Shown: positions 16,653 through 25,928 of the stretch, piece after piece
How the letters are laid out: each line of letters opens with the position of its first letter
Numbering within the stretch: position 1 is the stretch's first letter
Source of the DNA: a bacterium
Lineage (GTDB): Bacteria; Planctomycetota; B15-G4
Length of the DNA: 64,000 nucleotides
NCBI GenBank assembly: GCA_030428785.1
Contig: JAUIEF010000002.1
Span: 18,892 to 82,891 of the forward strand
Reading direction: 5' to 3'
Notes under the pieces: generated by a model
Database searches by the model: none
Told to the model about the DNA's origin: nothing
What the model saw: the letters and a program-made list of their open reading frames with translations, nothing else
Made by a program: the position numbers and the translations under genes

Positions 16653-19331
16653 TCAGGGAGTCGCCGCGCTCGCGAGGCGCGCCCGCGCCCGACGCGTGCG
16701 CGGGTCGCCCGCGCCGAGCGACTCCTCGAGCTGCGCCGCGGCCCGCTCCATGAGCGCGCGGCCCTCCGCGAGTCGCGTGTCGTCACCCGCGTCGGTCGCG
16801 CGCCGCACGAGGCACAGCCCGAGCAGGCTGCGGGACTCCGCCGTGTCGTGGTGCGCGTCGCCGAGCAGCGACACGCGCATCGCGAGCGACTCGCGCAGCA
16901 TGGGCGCCGCCTCGTCGAGGCGGCCGGCGTCGACGAGGAAGCCGCCGAGCCCCGCGAGGCTCATCGCCGTGTGCGGGTGCTCCGACGGCAGCTCCGCGCG
17001 ACGCAGCGCGAGCGCCTCGCGGAAGAGCGCTTCCGCCTCCTCGTCGGCGCCCTGCGCGTGGAGCGCGCGCGCGAGCTCGTGCAGGCTCACCGCGACGTAC
17101 GGGTGGTCCTCGCCGAGCTGCGCGCGTCGGATGGCCAGCGCCTCGCGGAAGGACGCCTCCGCGGCGTCCGGCTGCTCGAGGTTCTCGAGCTGCAGCATGC
17201 CGAGCTGCCCGTGCGTGTTCGCCACGCTCGCGTCGTCGGGCCCGAGCAGCCGCAGCTTGACGTCGAGCGCCTCGCGCACCTGGGCGACGGCCTCGTCGTA
17301 GCGGCCGGTGTCGCGCAACGCCCGCGCGTGGTTGCCCAGCGCGACGGCGGTGAACCCGTGCTCGTCGCCGTACTCGCCGCGGAACACCTCGAGCGCCTCG
17401 CGCAGCAGCGGCTCGGCCTCGGCGGGCCGGCCCTGCTTCCAGAGCAGGATGCCGAGGTCGTTCGCGGCGACGCCGATGGACATGGAGTCCTCGGCGACCA
17501 GCGGGCGCAGGCCCTCGAGCGACGAGCGGAACAGCGGCAGCGCCCGGTCGAGCTCGCCGTTCTCGGAGTAGATGCTCGCGAGGAGGTTCTCCGTCTGCAC
17601 GACGGCCATGGAGCCCGGCCCGTCGTGCTCGACGCGCAGCGCGAGCGCCTCCTCCATGAGCCCGGCGGCCAGCGCGTACTCGCCGAGCGTGCGGTAGGTG
17701 CCCGCGAAGGTCTCGAGCAGCGACGCGCGCACGTCGGGCTCGTCGAGGAGCTCCTCGCGGATGCGCGCCACGCCGCGCTCGAGGAGCTGCCCCGCCGTGA
17801 CGTCCAGCCCTTGCGGCGCGTCCGACGGCACGAGGTCCAGCACGTCCGGCGCCGAGAACGTCGAGCGCAGGAAGTCGGCGACCTTGCCCGCCTTGAGCGC
17901 CTCGCGCTCGGCGCGGTCGCGCTCGTCGCGCAGCTCGAGCGTGTAGTAGGTGACGGTCGTCACGAGCGTCGCGAGGACGAGCGCCGCCGCGACGAGGCCG
18001 CCCGCGTTGCGTCGCGCGAACTTGGTCGCGCGGTAGCCGAGCGTGTCGCGCCGCGCGAGCACCGGGAAGCCGTCGAGGTGCCGCCGCACGTCGTCGCGCA
18101 ACCGGTCGACGGACGCGTAGCGCCGCTCGGGCTCCTTGCGCAGCGCCGCGAGCACGATCGTGTCGAGGTCGCCGACGAGCCGCCGCGCGCGGGCGGGATC
18201 CGTCGCGCGGCACGCGGTGCTCGGCGGCGGCGGCTCCGCCTCGCACACGAGGCGCTCGACCTCGGCGGCGCTCGGGCGCGACGAGGCGCGGCCCCCGCGC
18301 CCCGCGCGCGGCGACCCGACGGATGCCTCGTCGCCGATCCCGCGTGACCCGCGGCTCCCCGCGGCGCTCGTCGCGCCGTCACGCCCGTCGCCGCCCGCCG
18401 CGGGCGCACCCAGGAACGGATGCACGTCCGCGAGCAGCTCGTAGAGCAGCACGCCCAGCGCGAAGACGTCGCTCGCCGTCGTGACCGCCTCGCCGCGCAC
18501 CTGCTCGGGCGACGCGTAGCCCGGCGTCATCGGCCGCTGCCCCGCCTGCGTGAGCGTCGGCTGCCCGTCGGACCCGTCGAGCACCTTGGCGACGCCGAAG
18601 TCGAGCAGCTTCACGGAGCCCTCGCGCGTCACGAGGATGTTCGACGGCTTGAGGTCGCGGTGCACGACGAGCCGCCGGTGCGCGTGGCTCACGACCTCGC
18701 ACACCTCCGCGAAGAGGCGCAGCCGAGCCGCGACGTCGAGCCGCCGCTCGCGACAGGAGGCGTCGATCGGCGCGCCGTCGACGTGCTCCATGACGAGGTA
18801 CGGCAGGCCGTCCGCCGTCTCGCCGCCGCCGAGCACGCGCGCCACGCCCGGGTGCTCGAGCGACGCGAGGATGCGCCGCTCCTCGCGGAACCGCCGCAGC
18901 ACCTGCTCGGTGTCCATGCCGCGCTTGACGACCTTGATCGCGACGCGCTGCTCGAAGTCGCCGCCCGTGCGCTCCGCGAGGTAGACGGACCCCATGCCGC
19001 CCTGGCCCAGCAGCGCGACGACGCGGTGCTCGCCGATCGTCTCGCCCACCCGGTCGCGCGCGAGGTCGCCGACGAGCGCGGCGACGCCGGAGGCCGCCCG
19101 GTCGAGGAGCGGCGCGGAGCGCGGCGCCAGGGCGTCGGACGCGCGCGCGTCGGTCGCGTCACCCGCACCGGACGAGGCGTCCGCGTCCGCCGCGAGCATC
19201 CCGTCCACGAGCACGCGCACCGCCGGCGCATCGCCGCAGGCGCGCTCCACGAAGGCCGCGCGCTCGTCCGCCGCGAGCTCGACCGCCTCCTCGAAGATCG
19301 GGCGGGCGCGGCTCCAGTCAGCGGGGTCCAT
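16653..19331 (-). CDS. Ser/Thr protein kinase with one TM segment and C-terminal TPR repeats
   Basis: Kinase motifs GQGGMGSVY, AIK, HRDLKPSNIL, DFG, SPE. A TM helix follows the kinase domain, then about 10 TPR-like repeats. Confidence 0.9.
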   Translation of the reverse strand: MDPADWSRARPIFEEAVELAADERAAFVERACGDAPAVRVLVDGMLAADADASSGAGDATDARASDALAPRSAPLLDRAASGVAALVGDLARDRVGETIGEHRVVALLGQGGMGSVYLAERTGGDFEQRVAIKVVKRGMDTEQVLRRFREERRILASLEHPGVARVLGGGETADGLPYLVMEHVDGAPIDASCRERRLDVAARLRLFAEVCEVVSHAHRRLVVHRDLKPSNILVTREGSVKLLDFGVAKVLDGSDGQPTLTQAGQRPMTPGYASPEQVRGEAVTTASDVFALGVLLYELLADVHPFLGAPAAGGDGRDGATSAAGSRGSRGIGDEASVGSPRAGRGGRASSRPSAAEVERLVCEAEPPPPSTACRATDPARARRLVGDLDTIVLAALRKEPERRYASVDRLRDDVRRHLDGFPVLARRDTLGYRATKFARRNAGGLVAAALVLATLVTTVTYYTLELRDERDRAEREALKAGKVADFLRSTFSAPDVLDLVPSDAPQGLDVTAGQLLERGVARIREELLDEPDVRASLLETFAGTYRTLGEYALAAGLMEEALALRVEHDGPGSMAVVQTENLLASIYSENGELDRALPLFRSSLEGLRPLVAEDSMSIGVAANDLGILLWKQGRPAEAEPLLREALEVFRGEYGDEHGFTAVALGNHARALRDTGRYDEAVAQVREALDVKLRLLGPDDASVANTHGQLGMLQLENLEQPDAAEASFREALAIRRAQLGEDHPYVAVSLHELARALHAQGADEEAEALFREALALRRAELPSEHPHTAMSLAGLGGFLVDAGRLDEAAPMLRESLAMRVSLLGDAHHDTAESRSLLGLCLVRRATDAGDDTRLAEGRALMERAAAQLEESLGAGDPRTRRARARLASAATP

Positions 19332-19422
19332 GGGCGTCAGCGTACGGAACGCGACGGACCCCGCGCGCTCCCTCCGGCCGCCCCGTCCCCGACGCGGACG
19401 TCCTCGCCGCGCCGGCGCGCCC

Positions 19423-21027
19423 TCAGCGCACCGCGACCCACCCCTTGCCGCCGCACGCGCCGCACACGCCGTCGTAGTGCGGGCGCGTCGTGGTGATCGA
19501 CGTGCGGCTCGTGAACTGCAGGCCGTTGCGGTTCGTCACGACGGGCGTGTACCAGGTCGTGTAGTCCCGCATGGAGACCAGGAAGCCCTTGCCTCCGCAG
19601 CGACCGCAGTCGACCTGACGCGGCGCCGCGGGGGGGGCGACGGTCATGGCGGTCGACGCGACCCCCTCCGAACCGGGCACGATCTCCGAGCTGGCCGCCA
19701 GCGCGCGCTGCGCGTCGATGCGCTCCTCGTCCTCGAGCACCGCGAGCTCGCGCTGCTGCAGCTCCGCGCCGAGAGCCTCGCGCGTCGGCCACGTGCGGTC
19801 GCCGAGCGCCGTGGGCCACGTGCAGTCGGCGTCGCGGTACGCGCGCCAGACGCGCTCGCCGGACCCCGTCTCCTCCGCCACCTGGAGCACCCAGCTCCGC
19901 GTGCTGTGCGGCAGGAACTGGGTCCACGCGATCTCCCAGTCCACCCAGCGCGCGCGCTCGGAGGACGCGGCGAGGTCCTCGACGGCCGGGTGTCCGGTAT
20001 CGGAGAACGACAGCCGCACGCCCGCGGGCGTGTCCCAGTACGCGACCCAGGTCCGCGAGCCGAGGTAGGCGGCGCCGAAGCAGTACTCGGGCTGCGGCAC
20101 GAACTCCCCCGACAGCGCGACCGGCCAGTAGAGCTTGCCGTCGAGCTTCGCGCGGACGGCGCTCGCGACCTCCGGCGGCGGGTCGGTCGGCATGAGGTAG
20201 GTCGTCTGATACGACATGGAGGGATCGGCCTGGTCCTTGACCGGCGGCGGCGAGTACCACGCGAGCCTCGAGAAGGGCTCGGCGAGGGGCGCGCCCGCGT
20301 CGTCGACGATGTGGTGCAGGCGCTCGCCGTCCGCTTCGGTCGTGAAGAGGTAGCCGTCGAAGCCGAGGCGCACGACCGACTCCGGGTCGACGTGCTCGAC
20401 GCGCGCGACGACCCGGTGGTCGTCGTCGAGCAAGCCGACGGTGAGAGAGGACCCCTCGCTGAGCACGGCGAAGGGACGATCGCGGTACGGGGACGGCTTG
20501 TCGCCGAAGCGCGCGACGCCGAGGCGCAGGATGTCGGTGGGCTCCTCGTCGACGACGCCGCCCGGGCTCAACGCCAGGCGCGTGAGCGTCGCCGCGCCGG
20601 GCGCGCGCGCGAGGGCGAGGTCGGTGCGCAGGACGTCGAGCTCCGCCCACTCGGGCTCGACCCACCAGCGCCGGTGGCGCCAGGCGCCGATGCGCAGCGG
20701 CGCCTCGCGGTCCGGCGTCGACCGGTCCGCGGCCGAAGGCGGCGCGTACGCCGCGTACTTGATGTGCGCGTGCCTCCAGTTGAGCTCCGCGTACATCTCC
20801 TCGTCCCAGTCGTTGATGAGGAAGCCGTCGCGGTCGGGGTCGCGCTTCCAGCCGGGCCTGCAGAGGGCCTTCGGCCACTGCTCCTCCGAGAGGCGGACGT
20901 CGGTGCGCAGGAGCAGGCCGCGGTACGTGGCGGGCGGCTGGACGCCGTCGGACGAGCGGCCGGAGGAGGCGCAGCCGACGAGCGCGGCGGCGGCGGACGC
21001 GAGGACCAGCGGGCGGAGGAGTCGCAT
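19423..21027 (-). CDS. lipoprotein with two C-terminal CxxCGGKG (DnaJ-CR-like zinc-finger) motifs
   Basis: Lipobox AALVGC. C-terminus CGRCGGKGF...CGACGGKGW. Directly upstream of the STK on the same strand. Confidence 0.65.
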   Translation of the reverse strand: MRLLRPLVLASAAAALVGCASSGRSSDGVQPPATYRGLLLRTDVRLSEEQWPKALCRPGWKRDPDRDGFLINDWDEEMYAELNWRHAHIKYAAYAPPSAADRSTPDREAPLRIGAWRHRRWWVEPEWAELDVLRTDLALARAPGAATLTRLALSPGGVVDEEPTDILRLGVARFGDKPSPYRDRPFAVLSEGSSLTVGLLDDDHRVVARVEHVDPESVVRLGFDGYLFTTEADGERLHHIVDDAGAPLAEPFSRLAWYSPPPVKDQADPSMSYQTTYLMPTDPPPEVASAVRAKLDGKLYWPVALSGEFVPQPEYCFGAAYLGSRTWVAYWDTPAGVRLSFSDTGHPAVEDLAASSERARWVDWEIAWTQFLPHSTRSWVLQVAEETGSGERVWRAYRDADCTWPTALGDRTWPTREALGAELQQRELAVLEDEERIDAQRALAASSEIVPGSEGVASTAMTVAPPAAPRQVDCGRCGGKGFLVSMRDYTTWYTPVVTNRNGLQFTSRTSITTTRPHYDGVCGACGGKGWVAVR

Positions 21028-21237
21028 GACGGCACTATCGGCCGCCGGGCGGGATCTCCCGAGCGGAATCGGCGTGATCCGACGCGAGCCGCCCCGTGTG
21101 GGACACCCGCCCGCGCGTCGCCCCACCGCGCCGGACTTGCGGGGCCGGTCCGTCCGCGCCCGTGGACGGCCGCGCGTTGCGGAGCCTCACCCGGTTCGGC
21201 ATGGTCGTCTGCCCTCCGACGCCCTCGCGACCCCGCC

Positions 21238-21606
21238 ATGCCGACCCGTGACCACCGCTGCCCCGTGTGCTCGCGGGACGTCCTCGCGGACGTCGCGGCG
21301 CCCGGCGGTCCGGATGCGGCCGTCGCGGACACCGCACGCGACGGCGGGCCGCCCCCGCTCTGCGCCGACTGCGCGTGCGGCGCGACGCGCTCGCCGTGCG
21401 TCGACGTCTGCCGGCTCGACCGCGCGATGACGCGCTGCACCTCCTGCCTGCGCACGATGGACGAGGTCGTGGGCTGGGCGCGGCTCGACGCGGCCGGTCG
21501 CGCGACCGTCTACCGCGCGCTGCGCGAGCGCCGCCGGTCGCAGGCGGCCGGCGCGGACGCGACGGACGGCGCCCCGACGCGCCCCGCCCGGCCGACATGG
21601 AGCTGA
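21238..21606 (+). CDS. DUF1289-family Cys-rich small protein with N-terminal extra Cys cluster
   Basis: SPCVDVCRLDRAMTRCTSCLRTMDEVVGWARLDAAGRATVYRAL matches the DUF1289 signature. Extra CPVC and CADCAC motifs lie upstream. Its stop overlaps the SNF2 start (ATGGAGCTGA). Confidence 0.7.
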   Translation: MPTRDHRCPVCSRDVLADVAAPGGPDAAVADTARDGGPPPLCADCACGATRSPCVDVCRLDRAMTRCTSCLRTMDEVVGWARLDAAGRATVYRALRERRRSQAAGADATDGAPTRPARPTWS

Positions 21607-23378
21607 CGGAGCCCGTCGACGGCCTCTTCGTCCTGCGGTCGGAGTACGAGGAGCGCGCGACGCCGAAGGCCGCGGGCTTCCGCTGGCACGGCGAGCGGTG
21701 CCGTCGCGAGCCGTGCGAGCTGTGCGAGCACGAGGTCGGTGCCGCGTGGTGGACCGACGACGTCCTCAAGGCCCTCGAGCTCAGCGACCACGCCGACGAC
21801 GCGCTGCGCGAGCGCATCCGCGAGGGCGCGGGCCCCGCGACCGAGGCGCGCGACCGCGAGCAGGAGGCCGCGCGCCGCGAGGAGCAGAAGCGCAAGCTCG
21901 CGCGGGCGCGCACCCTGAAGGCGAGCCGCGCGAAGGACGCCGACCTCGACGTGCCGCGCCCGCCGGGCGCCGACTACCTGCCCTACCAGCGCGCGGCCAT
22001 CGCCTTCGCGCTCGACCGCGAGCACACGCTGCTCGCCGACGAGATGGGCCTCGGCAAGACGGTCGAGGCGCTGGGCGTCGTGAACGCCGACGAGACCGCG
22101 CGCCGCGTGCTCGTCGTGTGTCCCGCGAGCCTCAAGCTCAACTGGGCGCGCGAGTGCGAGCGCTGGCTCGTCGGCGACCGCGTCGTCGGCGTGGCCGGGC
22201 GCACGTACCCCGAGGACGCGGACGTCGTCATCGTCAACTACGAGATCCTCGGCAAGTGGCGCGCGCAGCTGCGCGAGCCGTGGGACGTGCTCGTCGTCGA
22301 CGAGTGCCACTACGTCAAGAACAAGCAGGCCAAGCGCAGCAAGCGGCTCTACGCGCTCGAGGCGCGGCGCAAGCTGTTCCTCACCGGCACGCCGATCCTC
22401 AACCGGCCGGTCGAGCTGTGGGCGATCGTGAACTACCTGGCGCCGGAGGAGTTCCCGGCGTTCTGGCCGTTCGCGAAGCGCTACTGCAAGCCGTGCAAGA
22501 ATCGCTACGGCTGGGACTTCGGCGGCGCGGACAACCTCGACGAGCTGCACGAGCGGCTGTGCGGCACGATCATGGTGCGGCGCACGAAGGCGCAGGTCCT
22601 CGACGACCTGCCGCCCAAGCGCCGCCAGGTCATCGAGCTCGCGTCGGACGGCGTCTCGGGGCTCATCGCCGTCGAGACGGAGGCGTGGGAGGAGCACCGG
22701 CGGCGGCTCGCGGAGCTGCGCGCGATCGGGCGCGGCAAGCGCGGCGCGAGCGACGCGGAGGTCGCCGCGCTGCGCGCGGGCGTGAACATGGCGTTCGGCG
22801 AGCTCGCCAAGCTGCGGCAGGCGACGGCGCTCGCGAAGGTGCCGCTCGTGCTCGAGCACATCCGCGCCGTGCTCGACGACACGGGCGGCAAGGTCGTCGT
22901 GTTCGCGCACCACCGGGCGGTCGTCGCGGAGCTCGCCGAGCCCTTCGACGACGTCGCCGTCACGCTCACGGGCGACGACGACGTCGCGACGCGGCAGGCG
23001 GCCGTCGACCGCTTCCAGGAGGACCCGTCGTGCCGCGTGTTCGTCGGCTCGATCACCGCGGCGGGCTTCGGCCTCACGCTCACGGCGTCGTCCAACGTCG
23101 TCTTCGCCGAGCTCGACTGGGTGCCTGCGCACCTCACGCAGGCCGAGGACCGCACGCACCGCATCGGCCAGCGCGAGAGCGTCCTCGTGCAGCACCTCGT
23201 GCTCCAGGACTCCCTCGACGCGCGCATGGTCGGCGCGCTCCTCCGCAAGCAGCGCGTCATCGACGAGGTCGTCGACGGCAGCCCGCAGCTCGGGCTCTTC
23301 GACGGCGACTTCGCGGACGCCCTGCTCGAGGCGGAGGGGGCGAACGCCCCGGAGGTGGAGGACGACGACGGGGCGTGA
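21597..23378 (+). CDS. SNF2-family helicase/ATPase with N-terminal Cys/His cluster
   Basis: Motifs DEMGLGKT, DECHYVKN, a helicase C-domain and QAEDRTHRIGQ. N-terminal FRWHGERCRREPCELCEH. Confidence 0.85.
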   Translation: MELTEPVDGLFVLRSEYEERATPKAAGFRWHGERCRREPCELCEHEVGAAWWTDDVLKALELSDHADDALRERIREGAGPATEARDREQEAARREEQKRKLARARTLKASRAKDADLDVPRPPGADYLPYQRAAIAFALDREHTLLADEMGLGKTVEALGVVNADETARRVLVVCPASLKLNWARECERWLVGDRVVGVAGRTYPEDADVVIVNYEILGKWRAQLREPWDVLVVDECHYVKNKQAKRSKRLYALEARRKLFLTGTPILNRPVELWAIVNYLAPEEFPAFWPFAKRYCKPCKNRYGWDFGGADNLDELHERLCGTIMVRRTKAQVLDDLPPKRRQVIELASDGVSGLIAVETEAWEEHRRRLAELRAIGRGKRGASDAEVAALRAGVNMAFGELAKLRQATALAKVPLVLEHIRAVLDDTGGKVVVFAHHRAVVAELAEPFDDVAVTLTGDDDVATRQAAVDRFQEDPSCRVFVGSITAAGFGLTLTASSNVVFAELDWVPAHLTQAEDRTHRIGQRESVLVQHLVLQDSLDARMVGALLRKQRVIDEVVDGSPQLGLFDGDFADALLEAEGANAPEVEDDDGA

Positions 23379-23481
23379 TGCCCCGGCGCACGCGGGGCGG
23401 CGCCCGGCGATGACGCTCGCCGCCGACCCGACGCGACCTCCGCGCGCGACACGCTCCGCCCCGCTGCGCTACCGTGGCCCC

Positions 23482-24435
23482 ATGCCCGCCCTCCCGTTCA
23501 CCGCGCCCGCGCTGCTCGCGCCCATGGACGGGGTCACGGACCCGTGCTTCCGCGACCTCGTGCTCGAACGCAATCCGGCGACCGCGCTCGGCGGCGCGTT
23601 CACGGAGTTCGCGCGGGTGAACCGCGGCGCGCTCACGCGGCGCATGCTCCGCAAGCAGCTCGGGCCGACGCGGCACGCGGCGCCCGTCGGGCTGCAGCTG
23701 CTCGGCGCGGACGTCGAGGCCGTCGCGCTCACGGCCGCACGCGCGGAGGAGGCGGGCGCACCCGTCGTCGACCTGAACTTCGGCTGCCCGGCGAAGGGCG
23801 CGCTGCGGACGTGCGCCGGCAGCGCGCTGCTCGACGAGCCGCGCAAGATCGAGGCGCTCGTCCGCGCGTGCTTCGACGCCGTGCACCGAGTGCCGGTCAC
23901 CGCGAAGATCCGCGCCGGCGGCGACGACGACTCCGCGCTCGAGGACATCGCGCGCGCGGCCGAGGCGGGCGGCGCCTCGCTGCTCACCGTGCACTGCCGC
24001 ACGCGCGCCGAGGGCTACGCGGACACCGCCGACTGGGAGCGCCTGCGCCGCGCGGTCGACGCCGTCGACATCCCGGTCTGCGGCAACGGCGGCGTCGACC
24101 GCCACGAGGACCTCGCGCGCGTCCGCGACGAGACGGGCTGCGCCTACGCGATGGTCGGCCGCGGCGCGATGGCCGACCCCTGGATCTTCTCCGGCCGCGA
24201 GGTCGACGCGCTCGAGGCCGCGCGCTTCCTCCAGGAGTACGCCGAGCAGATGGAGCGCAACGGCGCGCCGCGCGCCGCGCTCGCGGGCCGGCTCAAGCAG
24301 CTCCTCCGCCACTGGCGCGCGGGCGGGCTCGTCGACGACCGCCGCGGCGCGTGGCTCGCGGCGGACGCGGAAACTCTGCTCCGGTCGGTGGCGGATGCGG
24401 CCGACGCCCCGGTCGTGCTCGGCGCCGACGCCTGA
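23482..24435 (+). CDS. tRNA-dihydrouridine synthase (Dus family)
   Basis: LAPMDGVTD motif, FGCPAKG, TVHCRTR TIM-barrel flavoenzyme signature. Confidence 0.85.
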   Translation: MPALPFTAPALLAPMDGVTDPCFRDLVLERNPATALGGAFTEFARVNRGALTRRMLRKQLGPTRHAAPVGLQLLGADVEAVALTAARAEEAGAPVVDLNFGCPAKGALRTCAGSALLDEPRKIEALVRACFDAVHRVPVTAKIRAGGDDDSALEDIARAAEAGGASLLTVHCRTRAEGYADTADWERLRRAVDAVDIPVCGNGGVDRHEDLARVRDETGCAYAMVGRGAMADPWIFSGREVDALEAARFLQEYAEQMERNGAPRAALAGRLKQLLRHWRAGGLVDDRRGAWLAADAETLLRSVADAADAPVVLGADA

Positions 24436-24464
24436 CGCGGACCGCGCCCGCCGAGCTCACGTCT

Positions 24465-24497
24465 CCGGCCGGGCGTCGGGCGACACCGCCCCGGCCG
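24465..24497. terminator. imperfect GC hairpin between convergent dus and MBL genes
   Basis: CCGGCCGGGCG...CGCCCCGGCCG; approximately 10-bp stem with one bulge. Confidence 0.2.
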
Positions 24498-24522
24498 ACG
24501 GCACCCGGTCCGTCGCGCCCCC

Positions 24523-25881
24523 TCACCCGCTCGGCTGGATGATGAAGTCGTCGTGCACCTCGACCTGCGGGTTGGCGCCCATCGCCTGCACGGCGGCGTT
24601 GAGCTCGAGCAGGTGCGCGCGGAGCAGCTGCGGGTCGCGCTCGTTCGGTTGGTTGCTCGTGCCGTACGGGTAGGCGACGCCCGGCGTGCTCGTCATCTCG
24701 ACGTGCGTGCCGAAGACCCACTGCACGGGCTTGTCGGCGGTGAAGTCCACGAGCCGCTGGATGCTCGCCCGGTACTTGGCGAAGTTGTCCTGGCTCACCG
24801 CGCCGAAGATGAACAGGAAGCCCGGGTAGAGCGTGTCGCCCGTGAGCAGCAACGCCGTCTCGTGGTCGTAGATCGCGATGTGCGCCGCCTGGTGACCGGG
24901 GATCGCGAGGACGTCGAGCACGCGCCCGCCGAGGTCGCGCTGCACGGTGTCGTTCGGCCAGTCCTGGAAGCCCCAGAAGTTCATGACCGCCGTCGCCGAC
25001 GTGCCGACGACCGTCGTGTCCGGCATGCCCTGGAACTGACCGTCGCCCGCGACGTGGTCGCCGTGGCTGTGCGTGTGCGCGACGAGCAGGTCGAGCGACG
25101 GGTTCCCGTGCGCGGCCTTCCAGTCCGCGATGACGGCGTTGACCACGTTCGCGATCGGGATGCCGCCCGCGCCCGTGTCGTAGAGCAGCACCTCGTCCTG
25201 CCCGAAGAGCAGGAACATGAACGGCCCCTCGAAGTCCGTGCACATCGACTGGCGCAGGATGTAGGTGTTCTCGTCGTACTGCTGCACCTGGATCTCGGGC
25301 TCGTTGCCGCAGTCGCTGCCGTTCACCCAGTCGGCGGGGAACGCGCCGGGCGGCGGGTCCTCCGGGCCGAGGCCGGACACGCCGTTGCTCGCCGCGTAGC
25401 CGAACGGACCGACGGGGTCCTCGATCCACGCCTGGAGCACGACCTCCGTGCCGGCGGGCACGCCGGGCCACGTCACCGCGAAGCCGAGGCGACCGTTGCC
25501 GTCCGTCACGAACAACCGGATGACGTCGGGCTGCGGCACGAGCACGCCGCCTTGGAAGGGCACGCCGATCTGGCCGAAGCCGAGGATCAGGTACGTGGGC
25601 GCGAGCTCGAGCGCGTTCTCCATGTCGAGCGTCACGACCGTGCCGGGCGCCATCGACCCGGACAGCTCGAGCAGCGGCGCGCCGTGCGTCCCGGGCAACG
25701 CACCTCCGACGTCGACCCACGGGTTGCAGCAGGTGAACTGCGCGGCCGCGGTCGGCGCGAGCGCCAGCGACGCGAGCACCGCGAACGCGAACGCCGCGCG
25801 GGCGAGCAGCGCGGAGGCGCGGGGCGCGGGCGAGCGGCGGGCGACGGCCCTCCCGGGGACGACGGACGGGCGGATCCTCAT
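24523..25881 (-). CDS. secreted metallo-beta-lactamase-fold hydrolase with N-terminal copy of the recurrent domain
   Basis: Signal peptide; N-terminal LELSGSMAPGTVVTLDMENALELAPTYLILGFGQIGVPFQGGVLVPQPDVIRLFVTDGNGRLGFAVTWPGVPAGTEVVLQAWIEDP is homologous to the C-terminal domains elsewhere in the window. MBL motif LLVAHTHSHGDHVAG. Confidence 0.8.
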   Translation of the reverse strand: MRIRPSVVPGRAVARRSPAPRASALLARAAFAFAVLASLALAPTAAAQFTCCNPWVDVGGALPGTHGAPLLELSGSMAPGTVVTLDMENALELAPTYLILGFGQIGVPFQGGVLVPQPDVIRLFVTDGNGRLGFAVTWPGVPAGTEVVLQAWIEDPVGPFGYAASNGVSGLGPEDPPPGAFPADWVNGSDCGNEPEIQVQQYDENTYILRQSMCTDFEGPFMFLLFGQDEVLLYDTGAGGIPIANVVNAVIADWKAAHGNPSLDLLVAHTHSHGDHVAGDGQFQGMPDTTVVGTSATAVMNFWGFQDWPNDTVQRDLGGRVLDVLAIPGHQAAHIAIYDHETALLLTGDTLYPGFLFIFGAVSQDNFAKYRASIQRLVDFTADKPVQWVFGTHVEMTSTPGVAYPYGTSNQPNERDPQLLRAHLLELNAAVQAMGANPQVEVHDDFIIQPSG

Positions 25882-25928
25882 GGCGCGCTCCTCGCGGGGT
25901 GCGCGCATGGTACCGCGCGGCGCGGACC

